A stretch of DNA of 64,000 bases from Actinomycetota bacterium (lineage in GTDB: Bacteria > Actinomycetota > Acidimicrobiia > Acidimicrobiales > JAMCPL01): contig JAMCPL010000010.1 of NCBI GenBank assembly GCA_023379675.1, forward strand, positions 51,021 to 115,020. The letters run 5' to 3'. The notes under the pieces are model-generated. The model was not told where the DNA came from, searched no databases, and saw only the letters and a program-made list of their open reading frames with translations. Below, piece after piece: positions 1-7,807 of the stretch; position 1 is the stretch's first letter, and each line of letters opens with the position of its first letter. The position numbers and the translations under genes are program-made.

Positions 1-399
1 GGCGCTTCCTATACTACGGCCTATGGCAGGAAGAGTGATGATACCCTGCCCGATTCACTTGTCGTGAAACGCTCCAGGTTTACCGGCTGCAACGGGTACG
101 CGGGTAGGTGGATTGTGGCATTCGACGGTGTGGACAGCCGGACCTATGCGGAACGCCTGGTGGGGGCGGTACTCACTGCGCTGTCTGTGGAGAATCCGGG
201 AGGCCTCTGGGTGGACGATCTGGCAGGATGCACAGTGTACGATACGACTGGCAGGGTTGCCGGAAAGGTGGCCGCGATGCTCGTATACCCTGGTGGTGAC
301 CTGCTTGAATTGGAGGATGGGAAGATGGTGCCACTTGCCTTCGTGGTATCACATGAGGCTGGTAGGGTGGTGGTGGATGTGCCTGAGGGTCTGTTGTGA
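1..399 (+). CDS. rimM: 16S rRNA processing protein RimM (5' partial, frame open to window start)
   Basis: The C-terminal PRC-barrel-like sequence ..LWVDDLAGCTVYDTTGRVAGKV..VVVDVPEGLL is present. The frame has no stop back to position 1. The stop overlaps the trmD GTG start (GTGA), giving the canonical rimM-trmD-rplS order. Confidence 0.85.
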   Translation, partial: GASYTTAYGRKSDDTLPDSLVVKRSRFTGCNGYAGRWIVAFDGVDSRTYAERLVGAVLTALSVENPGGLWVDDLAGCTVYDTTGRVAGKVAAMLVYPGGDLLELEDGKMVPLAFVVSHEAGRVVVDVPEGLL

Positions 400-1145
400 A
401 GATTGACGTATTCACGATATTCCCGGAGATGCTATCCAGTTATCTCTCGTGGTCGCTGATCGGGCGTGCTCGAGCGCAGGGTCTGATCGATATTTCGGTA
501 CACGACATACGATCGTTTTCCGGTGACACCAGGCGGTCGGTGGACGGCAAGCCATTCGGGGGAGGAGCCGGTATGGTCATGTTGCCTGAACCGGTTTTCG
601 AGGCGGTGGAAGGCAGCCGGTGCACAAGGCCGCTGTTCCTGCTCGCTCCATCGGGTAAGGTATTTGACCAGGCAATGGCAACCGAGATGGCGAATCTCGG
701 ATCGTCGACCGATGGCGGGTTCTCCCTGTTGTGCGGACGCTACGAAGGAGTGGACCAGAGGGTGGCCGATTACCTTGCCGATGGTGAGATATCTGTTGGA
801 GACTATGTGATTTCGGGGGGGGAGCTTGCTGCACTTATTGTGATAGAGGCAACGTGCCGGCTTGTACCGGGGGTGATGGGGAACGACGCATCCGTTACGG
901 AAGAATCATTCAACGATGGATTACTTGAGTATCCCCAGTACTCCCATCCGCGGTCATTCAGAGGCTGGGAGGTACCGCCTGTGCTTCTGTCGGGCGATCA
1001 CAGGCGGATTGCGTCCTGGCGTAAGGCATGGCAGTTGAAGCTGACGATTGAGCGTAGGCCGGATCTTATCGAAGCTAGGGGTGGAGTCACTCCAGAGGAG
1101 AGAGAGATGATCACGTTGCTGGACTCAGGGCTCTTCAACCAGTAG
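396..1145 (+). CDS. trmD: tRNA (guanine37-N1)-methyltransferase TrmD
   Basis: MKIDVFTIFPEM.. N-terminus, GGGAGMVM SAM-binding loop, LLCGRYEGVDQRV, SGDHRRI. Length is 249 aa. Confidence 0.95.
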   Translation: MKIDVFTIFPEMLSSYLSWSLIGRARAQGLIDISVHDIRSFSGDTRRSVDGKPFGGGAGMVMLPEPVFEAVEGSRCTRPLFLLAPSGKVFDQAMATEMANLGSSTDGGFSLLCGRYEGVDQRVADYLADGEISVGDYVISGGELAALIVIEATCRLVPGVMGNDASVTEESFNDGLLEYPQYSHPRSFRGWEVPPVLLSGDHRRIASWRKAWQLKLTIERRPDLIEARGGVTPEEREMITLLDSGLFNQ

Positions 1146-1332
1146 GCGGCGAGACATCTGCTATAGTAAGAGGCTTAGCGGATAGGTTCCACGGTGAGTC
1201 CCACGGTGCTATGGCGTGTCGGCATGTGTAGTGCTGCCGGATTTGGGAGTGATGCCGGTGCAGCGCAGGCATGCCGCGGATTTACCAGATTTAACAACAA
1301 GTTGAGTATAGGTGTTTTGAGATGGAGATGAT

Positions 1333-1674
1333 ATGAACGCTACAGATATAATTGATCGTCAGGCGCTAAGGGGTGATATTCCCGATTTCGGTCCGGGAGA
1401 TACCCTGAAGGTCCACGTGAGGGTCGTGGAGGGTACGAGGGAACGTGTCCAGGTATTCCAGGGGGTTGTACTGAAACGCCAGGGGGCCGGCGCCAGGGAG
1501 ACCTTTACTGTGAGAAAGGTCAGTTTCCAGGTAGGTGTCGAGAGGACATTCCCTGTGCATTCTCCAGTGATTGCCAAGATTGAGGTAGTGTCGAGGGGCG
1601 ATGTGAGGCGTGCAAAGCTTTACTACTTGCGTGACCGGATCGGCAAAGCTGCAAAAGTAAAGGAGAAGCGCTGA
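1333..1674 (+). CDS. rplS: 50S ribosomal protein L19
   Basis: 113 aa with [45 protein letters not shown], a typical L19. A GAGATGGAG purine-rich tract lies upstream. Confidence 0.95.
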   Translation: MNATDIIDRQALRGDIPDFGPGDTLKVHVRVVEGTRERVQVFQGVVLKRQGAGARETFTVRKVSFQVGVERTFPVHSPVIAKIEVVSRGDVRRAKLYYLRDRIGKAAKVKEKR

Positions 1675-1691
1675 CCGGGACGTAGTTCCGG
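1675..1691 (+). terminator. Hairpin directly after the rplS stop (CCGGGAC-GTA-GTTCCGG)
   Basis: A 7-bp stem (one G-U pair) with a 3-nt loop begins 1 nt after the stop. There is no clear U-tract. It sits between convergent genes. Confidence 0.35.
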
Positions 1692-1728
1692 TAAGTAACA
1701 CGCCCAGTCTGATATACTTTCAAGGTGA

Positions 1729-2466
1729 TTAGGCTCCTGTGTGGACACGCCTGAAGCTTTCGGCGAAGCTTACTCCTACCTTCTGGCCTTCCCCTCGAGC
1801 TCTCTCCCTGATCAGGTCACCGATCCATTCTGTACCATCCACCTGGCTTTTCTGGCACTCTATCGATGCAACCTTTCTCGCTATACTTGCCGTGATGTCT
1901 ATCCATATGGATGGTTCCAGGGTTCCCGATAGGTAGGCATAATCCACCTGGTGTGGCTTGCCAGCTTCGGGGAAGTACAGAGGCATGGCTGCAGCCGGTG
2001 CAAGGGCATCCAGCGTGGCCATGCCAATTATGCGGTGGTCTCGATGGTTGATGTATTCCTCCCCGAACACGATTGCTGTTGGGTCGGGACAGAACACCAC
2101 TTCCGGCTGTACTTCCCTGATGCACCGGACCAGCTTGCTGACCAGATCGAGATTGTTCTCTATCTCACCGTCCGGATAGCCCAGCAGGCGGGGCGTATTG
2201 CAACCTATAACCTCTGCCGATCGTTCCGCTTCTTTTTTTCGAACGGCAGCCAGCTCTTGAGGATCAGCTGATGTGCTGTGAGATCCCTTTTCTCCTTCCG
2301 TGCAGATTACGATTTCCACGTTGCAGCTGGCTTCAGCCCAAAGTGCAAGAGTACCTGCACACGATATGAATGGATCATCAGGATGAGCATATATTGCAAG
2401 AGCTGTGCGTGGTATTTCCTGGATCGCTGAGGACGTTCCCGATGATTGAGCGGGCGGGGCCATCAC
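1729..2466 (-). CDS. PIG-L/LmbE family deacetylase
   Basis: AIYAHPDDPFISCAGTL.. (AHPDD motif) and HRDH are present. Length is 245 aa. The start overlaps the nrdR stop (ATGA), so the two are probably co-transcribed. Confidence 0.8.
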   Translation of the reverse strand: MMAPPAQSSGTSSAIQEIPRTALAIYAHPDDPFISCAGTLALWAEASCNVEIVICTEGEKGSHSTSADPQELAAVRKKEAERSAEVIGCNTPRLLGYPDGEIENNLDLVSKLVRCIREVQPEVVFCPDPTAIVFGEEYINHRDHRIIGMATLDALAPAAAMPLYFPEAGKPHQVDYAYLSGTLEPSIWIDITASIARKVASIECQKSQVDGTEWIGDLIRERARGEGQKVGVSFAESFRRVHTGA

Positions 2467-3116
2467 GTATCGTTTCCAGCTGGTTTGCCATGCCTAATGG
2501 TCCTGGATTCTGGTGTTTCGCCCTGCGGGTATTTCTTGCTGCCGCTCTGACCCTGCGTATCCCTGCCGCCCTGGCGGTAACGCTGCGTGTGGTGCTGCGC
2601 GTCATTGCTTCCGGAATCCCCGGGCTCCCTGGCATGTTCGCCGCTCGTGCCAGACCGCACGTGCCGGGTTTCTTTGATTAGTAGCCCGACCTCACGTTCG
2701 AAATCGCTGGGATTGGCGAAGTTCTTGTACACCGAGGCAAATCTCAGGTAAGCAACTTCGTCCAGTTCCCGTAGCCGATCCAGGACGGCGAGACCTATCT
2801 GGCTGAAACTGACTTCCTTGCCCGAAGTCTTCAACGATTCTTCGACCAGTTGCACCAGCCTGCCAATCTGCTCGGCACTAACCGGCCTGTTCTTTGTGGC
2901 CGCCCGGATCCCTCTGGCTACCTTGGCCGCTTCGAAGGGTTCTCTCGAGCCGGATCTCTTGATGACCCACAACGGGGCATCCTCCAGGCGTTCGTAAGTG
3001 GTGAACCGTCGCCGGCAGTTGAGGCATTCCCTCCGACGCCTGATGGATTCACCGTCGTCGGCCAGGCGGGAATCCACAACCTTGTCTTCCGAGTTCTGGC
3101 ACCATGGACATCGCAT
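2463..3116 (-). CDS. nrdR: Transcriptional repressor NrdR with an extended C-terminal tail
   Basis: MRCPWCQ..(x)..CLNCRRRFTTYER zinc ribbon followed by an ATP-cone (VIKRSGSREPF..VAYLRFASVYKNF). The start is taken at the MRCPWC Met (3116), not the ORF-track start at 3155. Confidence 0.9.
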   Translation of the reverse strand: MRCPWCQNSEDKVVDSRLADDGESIRRRRECLNCRRRFTTYERLEDAPLWVIKRSGSREPFEAAKVARGIRAATKNRPVSAEQIGRLVQLVEESLKTSGKEVSFSQIGLAVLDRLRELDEVAYLRFASVYKNFANPSDFEREVGLLIKETRHVRSGTSGEHAREPGDSGSNDAQHHTQRYRQGGRDTQGQSGSKKYPQGETPESRTIRHGKPAGNDT

Positions 3117-3206
3117 GTTAGCAGGATAGCTCGTTTTTCCGGTACCGTCGAGCAAGACGCAGGCCGGCAGGGAGGTTAGTCAATGTAAATATGCAAGAAT
3201 GTAGAC

Positions 3207-4088
3207 ATGGAGTTGGTGCTGGCAATCGATATTGGCGCTTCCAAGATATCCTGCGGGCTTGTAGATGCTGCCGGGACGGTGCTTACCGTGAGGCGAGTGA
3301 AGACGCCGGTGGATCGTGATGCCGATGGGGTTTTCGATGCGTTGCGTGGTGCGGTACGCGGGACGCTGCAAGATGGGGTTGTAGCAGGCCACCCTCCACC
3401 GGTGGCTTGCGGGGTTGGAAGCGTAGGCCCCATGGAGAGTGGTGGCGTAACGGTGTCTCCACTGAATATCCCGTCGTGGAGGGCTTTCCCTTTGCTTGCC
3501 AAGGTCGAGGACCTGATCGGGCTGCCTACGGCGATTGACAATGATGCCAAGGCGCTTGCACTTGGTGAGGGGTGGGTAGGAGGAGCCAGGGGTGTGATGG
3601 ATTACTTGTCCATGGTCGTTTCGACCGGAGTAGGTGGAGGCATCGTGCTCGGTGGTAAGCTCCTAAATGGTCACGGCGGCAATGCCGGGCACATAGGTCA
3701 TGTGATCGTGGTACCAGACGGCCGCCGGTGTACGTGCGGTGCTTACGGGTGCCTGGAAGCCGAGGCATCCGGCACGGCCATTCAAGCCATTACGGGACGG
3801 CATCCGAGCGAGGCTTCCGCCGGTATGATAGAGCGTACCGGCATGCTCGTCGGTTTGGCCGTGGCATCGGTAGCCAACTTGTTGGATTTGCAACTTTGCA
3901 CGATTGCCGGCTCGGTGGCGCTTGGTTATGGCAGGCGATTCTTCGATGCGGCTAATAGGGAATTGGCTGTCCGATCCCGTATCTCTTACGCTGCAAAGGC
4001 ACGGATCGAGCCGTGCGGTCTCGGTGCTGAGGGTCCACTCGTGGGCGCCGGTGCTGTAGGCTGGCGAGGAATCGGAAGGTTGATGTGA
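3207..4088 (+). CDS. ROK family sugar kinase (glucokinase-like)
   Basis: LAIDIGASKISCGLV N-terminal ATPase motif and the ROK zinc signature GHIGH..CTCGAYGCLEAEASG. Confidence 0.85.
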   Translation: MELVLAIDIGASKISCGLVDAAGTVLTVRRVKTPVDRDADGVFDALRGAVRGTLQDGVVAGHPPPVACGVGSVGPMESGGVTVSPLNIPSWRAFPLLAKVEDLIGLPTAIDNDAKALALGEGWVGGARGVMDYLSMVVSTGVGGGIVLGGKLLNGHGGNAGHIGHVIVVPDGRRCTCGAYGCLEAEASGTAIQAITGRHPSEASAGMIERTGMLVGLAVASVANLLDLQLCTIAGSVALGYGRRFFDAANRELAVRSRISYAAKARIEPCGLGAEGPLVGAGAVGWRGIGRLM

Positions 4089-4378
4089 ATGCGGTCAGGT
4101 TGCAAAGATCGGCGTCGGATGCGGTGATGTATGCCTCGATTGTCTTTGTTGCTCTTGCGGTACGACCCTGGTTATGGCCTATAGCGATACGTCAGGCATT
4201 TCGGATTTCACCGTCCCGCTGGTGGCTGAAAGTGCCGCCACTCCCTGGACCGGACTCTGGGTATATACGCATGAGGTCCATAATCGCTTATGGCGGCGAT
4301 GGTAGGCAGATTCCGGATGCTGGCGATATCGTGAGGTATATGGAGTGGTGCAGGGATGCCGGCCGTTACACCCGGTGA
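4085..4378 (+). CDS. Hypothetical small membrane-associated protein
   Basis: 97-aa ORF whose start overlaps the ROK stop (GTGA). It has one hydrophobic segment (VMYASIVFVALAV). No family was recognised. Confidence 0.4.
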   Translation: MNAVRLQRSASDAVMYASIVFVALAVRPWLWPIAIRQAFRISPSRWWLKVPPLPGPDSGYIRMRSIIAYGGDGRQIPDAGDIVRYMEWCRDAGRYTR

Positions 4379-4414
4379 GCAGGCCAGAGATCCGGTAGAT
4401 TTTCGTAGAGACGC

Positions 4415-5200
4415 TTGCGTGCCTTGAATATGTGGCAAGTGGTAGAGAGGCGGGGTTCTGCCGGGGCGCTTCATAAGATGTGGCCCGACCGCTACCAGCG
4501 TGCTTCGCGTACGGTGGCATTCAGCGAGGTGACCAACGAAGCCCTTGTCGTAGGTAGTATGCAGCCTCTCGCGGGTGAACAGCTCGACCTCCCTTCGGCA
4601 TCCGGCATGGGTAGGGAAGGGCATCCTGCTGATGCCAACCTGGATGTTACTCGTGCCAAGCCTGCCGGGATGAAATGTCCCCTGGAGGTGGTCAGGCGCC
4701 GTAGTGGCGGCGGGGCCGTCTACGTTGCTCCTGGGCAACAGCTCTGGGTGGATCTGTGGATTCCGAGGGATGATCCTCTTTTCGAAGAGGATGTCCTGCG
4801 AACATCAATATTGGCCGGGCGGGTGTGGGCTCGTGCCTTGGAGAAGCTGGGGGTGTCCAGAATAGAGATTCATGGAGGGCGGGTGGCGCTTGGGCGGTGG
4901 GGGGCTCTTGTGTGTTTTGCATCGCTCGGACCAGGTGAAGTGCTTACTGGCGGGCGCAAGTCAGTGGGTATAGCACAGCGCCGTGATAGAGATGGTGCGT
5001 GGCTCCAGACCATGCTCCCGCTTATATGGAATCCTGCCTATTGGGTTCCCAGCCTGACCTGTGCCGGCATGAGACAGGAGGATTCCAAGGCCCTAGAGCA
5101 ATGGCTTATGGATAACGTCGCTGGTCACATAGACAGTCCTCTTGGATCGATCGCACGTAACGCCCTGACGGATGCGATCGTTTCTCATCTCCCGCTGTAG
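4415..5200 (+). CDS. Lipoate-protein ligase family protein (BPL/LplA/LipB fold)
   Basis: VVRRRSGGGAVYVAPGQQLWVDLWIP and GRKSVGIAQRR are typical of the LplA-like catalytic domain. The true start is uncertain. Confidence 0.7.
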   Translation: MRALNMWQVVERRGSAGALHKMWPDRYQRASRTVAFSEVTNEALVVGSMQPLAGEQLDLPSASGMGREGHPADANLDVTRAKPAGMKCPLEVVRRRSGGGAVYVAPGQQLWVDLWIPRDDPLFEEDVLRTSILAGRVWARALEKLGVSRIEIHGGRVALGRWGALVCFASLGPGEVLTGGRKSVGIAQRRDRDGAWLQTMLPLIWNPAYWVPSLTCAGMRQEDSKALEQWLMDNVAGHIDSPLGSIARNALTDAIVSHLPL

Positions 5201-5568
5201 CGCGGGGTAGTGCAGGGTTGCACAAGTGAAAAGATATAAGTCGTGTTTCCCGCGAGTCATTCAGGTTGCCGGCAGGGCGGTGGACTTTGGCGGTGGCAGG
5301 TCGGTCTTAGATGCTCAACGGATAGGTATCTAGAGCTTGCCGGCCCCCAGCCGTCGCATCGCTGTGAAGTCGTGCGTTGTCCTTGCGCTCCGGCATGAAC
5401 AACGTGCTCCGCGATACCTGTCCCGCACCAGCCCACCGGACTGTTATGCTCCCCCGCCTTGTGCTGCTTGCCTGGCTAACCGGCTCACTTATCCAACCTG
5501 CCTATCTAATGAGTCTCTGAAGAATAATCGGCGAAAAAAAATGCCGGGTATCCACCTCTGGGGGGCAT

Positions 5569-5593
5569 AGTGGTGTAAAGTGGATTAAATTGG
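5569..5593 (+). promoter_or_regulatory. Putative MraZ operator: three direct pentamer repeats at 10-bp phasing
   Basis: AGTGG-N5-AGTGG-N5-ATTGG at 5569, 5579 and 5589, about 95-118 nt upstream of the mraZ ATG. MraZ operators in other bacteria are short GTGG/TGGG-type repeats with 10-bp periodicity. Confidence 0.55.
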
Positions 5594-5686
5594 AGCGCCA
5601 GGGAGGCGCACAGAGATAACTGCGAGGCAACTGCCTAATGTCGCCCTTGCTCCAAATGTGTATTACAGGATCGAGAGAAGGCTGAT

Positions 5687-6109
5687 ATGGAAGGTTTTTT
5701 TGGTCGTTATGACCATAGACTTGATGCCAAGGGGAGGTTGACCCTGCCTGCGCGCTTCAGCCCATCTTTTTCCGAAGGGGCTTTCCTATCTTCGTACTCC
5801 GATGGTTGCCTGGCTCTATGGACTCCTGTGGAGTTCGGTATCCGGATGAGAGAGATGCAGGAGAAAGCGTCCACTTCGGCAAAGTGGCGCAACCTGGTGC
5901 GCGTTTGGGCTGCCGGAACATATCAGGCTGAAAAGGATGCTCAGGCCAGGATCGTCATACCACCTCATCTACGTGCTTTTGCAGAGCTTGGGTCAGAGGT
6001 GGTCATTTCGGGGGTGATAGATCATGTGGAGATCTGGAATCCGGCTCGCTGGAGGGAGATGGAGGAGCCGCAAGAAAGGATGCTGGTTCTTGGCGAGGAG
6101 GCCATATGA
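5687..6109 (+). CDS. mraZ: Division/cell-wall cluster transcriptional regulator MraZ
   Basis: FGRYDHRLDAKGRLTLPARF plus a second SpoVT/AbrB-like repeat (KDAQARIVIPPHLR). Length is 140 aa. Confidence 0.95.
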   Translation: MEGFFGRYDHRLDAKGRLTLPARFSPSFSEGAFLSSYSDGCLALWTPVEFGIRMREMQEKASTSAKWRNLVRVWAAGTYQAEKDAQARIVIPPHLRAFAELGSEVVISGVIDHVEIWNPARWREMEEPQERMLVLGEEAI

Positions 6110-6128
6110 GTGTGGAGGGGCAGCCATC

Positions 6129-7091
6129 ATGAGTCCGGTATCCACCGGCAGGTATCACGAGCCCGTGATGGCTGGCACGGTTGTACGGCTTTTCCAGCCG
6201 GTGCCGGAAGGTGTCGTCGTTGATGCGACTATAGGTACCGGCGGTCATTCCGAGGCGTTGCTGGCTGCTTGCGATCAGGTGTCGGTGGCCGGTATTGACA
6301 GGGATGCCGAGGCGCTGGCTATTGCCCGGCTACGCTTGGCTCCGTTTGGGGACAGGGTCAAGCTCATCCACGGCAGGTTCTCGGATATGGAGAAGTTGCT
6401 GGTCACGAGTGGGATGGGCACGGATTCGATTTGCGGGGTGTTGCTGGATCTCGGTATCAGTTCGTTGCAGGTGGGGGAAGCATCCAGAGGATTTTCTTAC
6501 ATGGCGGATGGCCCTCTTGATATGCGGATGGATGCCAGCCAGGGCATGACTGCAGCAGACATTGTGAACGAGGAATCCGAACAATATCTGACAAAGATAT
6601 TCATTGACAATGGCGAGTACCGGAACGCGCGTAGGGTGGCAAAGGCTATCGTGTCATCCCGGCCACTACAGACTACCGGAGAGTTGGTACGGGTGATCAC
6701 TGGCGTGTCCACCGGTAGCATGTGGCGGAGAAAGGGCCACCCGGCGAAACGTTTTTTCCAGGCGTTGCGGACAATCGTCAATGAGGAACAGGCGGAACTC
6801 GCCGGTGTGCTGGATGATGCTGTCAAACTGCTCATGGCAGGCGGTCGTCTTGTCGTGATTTCATACCATTCCGGGGAGGACCAGGTAGTGAAGGAGTCCA
6901 TGGCCCGAGCGGTGAGCGGCGGATGCAAGTGCCTACCCCAGTTGCCCTGCCAATGCGGCGCAATTTCCCTGGGCCGGCTGGTATTCCGGGGAACTCGCAA
7001 GCCGCTGGATAAAGAGGTAGCGTTCAATCCACGTTCCAGGAGTGCTCGTCTGCGGGCGTTCGAGCGTGTACAGGTGGATGGACAGCCATGA
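6129..7091 (+). CDS. rsmH: 16S rRNA (cytosine1402-N4)-methyltransferase RsmH (MraW)
   Basis: YHEPVM, VDATIGTGGHSEALL, LLDLGISSLQ and SYHSGEDQVVK are present. The start is taken at the ATG at 6129, after the mraZ stop. Confidence 0.9.
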   Translation: MSPVSTGRYHEPVMAGTVVRLFQPVPEGVVVDATIGTGGHSEALLAACDQVSVAGIDRDAEALAIARLRLAPFGDRVKLIHGRFSDMEKLLVTSGMGTDSICGVLLDLGISSLQVGEASRGFSYMADGPLDMRMDASQGMTAADIVNEESEQYLTKIFIDNGEYRNARRVAKAIVSSRPLQTTGELVRVITGVSTGSMWRRKGHPAKRFFQALRTIVNEEQAELAGVLDDAVKLLMAGGRLVVISYHSGEDQVVKESMARAVSGGCKCLPQLPCQCGAISLGRLVFRGTRKPLDKEVAFNPRSRSARLRAFERVQVDGQP

Positions 7092-7807
7092 AGGCTCTTC
7101 CAGCTACGCGCCGTAAAGGGTGTACCACTGGAGCGCCCGCATCCACCCGGCACGTAGATCCTGCCGCCGTAGGGAGGAAGCCCAGACCAAGCCCTTCGCC
7201 CCAGCGACTTCCGAGAAAGGCGCCAGTCATTGCCCCGGCGACTTCCAAGCCCAAAAGGACGTTCCTGCCTGGCTGGTCCCTGATTGCTTGCGGGTGCCTG
7301 TTCCTGCTGCTCTGCGTAGTCGCGGTCCTGGCGGGGGCGGCACTGCTCACTTCCAGGCAGGTGGTGGTGGGAGAGCTGAAGAGCCGGCTGGCGTCGCAGC
7401 AGGCGCTCCGTAACGATCTGTCTACGGAATTGGGACTGCTCGGTCAGCCCGATCACCTACTTTCAAGGGCGCTTGCAGCAGGAGTCCCTGCAAGTCCAAC
7501 AGCAAATTCTACCGCGCACAGTGCCGTTCGCGGTGCTGCTGCAAATTCCCCTACGCATATCAGTGCTCATGCCGGTCAAAGCGCCATGGCTGCACCTCAG
7601 AAGTTTCCCCGTAGTAGCAGCGGGAGAATGGTGCAGGAGGGCACTCGGCAGGCAGCCCCCGCGAAAGAGGGCACTCCGCAGCAGGATGTTCCAGCTGGGA
7701 GTGCTACGCAGGGCAGTACCAACTCGGTATCTACGCCTTCTTCGGGCTTGCCATCCAGGCCAGCAGGTCATGGCGGCGCGACCCAAGGGAGATCAACGAG
7801 AGGATGA
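7088..7807 (+). CDS. FtsL-like septation protein (basic N-terminus, one TM, short coiled coil, Ser/Thr/Ala/Pro-rich tail)
   Basis: It lies between rsmH and ftsI. TM segment LIACGCLFLLLCVVAVLAGAALL is followed by VVVGELKSRLASQQALRNDL. There are ATGA overlaps at both ends. Confidence 0.55.
   Translation: MKALPATRRKGCTTGAPASTRHVDPAAVGRKPRPSPSPQRLPRKAPVIAPATSKPKRTFLPGWSLIACGCLFLLLCVVAVLAGAALLTSRQVVVGELKSRLASQQALRNDLSTELGLLGQPDHLLSRALAAGVPASPTANSTAHSAVRGAAANSPTHISAHAGQSAMAAPQKFPRSSSGRMVQEGTRQAAPAKEGTPQQDVPAGSATQGSTNSVSTPSSGLPSRPAGHGGATQGRSTRG

Noticed and set aside
1146-1332. Possible L19 (rplS) leader RNA, including the CCACGGTG x2 motif.
   Set aside because: The known L19 leader is described for Firmicutes and I cannot match it by eye. 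Only short repeats are visible.
5337-5570. 77-aa plus-strand ORF in the long region upstream of mraZ.
   Set aside because: It has a Pro/Arg/Cys-rich non-protein-like translation and no RBS. The region is more likely the dcw promoter and leader. A structured RNA cannot be excluded but none was recognised.
6497-7456. 319-aa minus-strand ORF.
   Set aside because: It is antisense to rsmH and the ftsL-like gene, has an Arg/Ser/Pro-rich low-complexity translation, and there is no room for it in the tightly coupled dcw operon.
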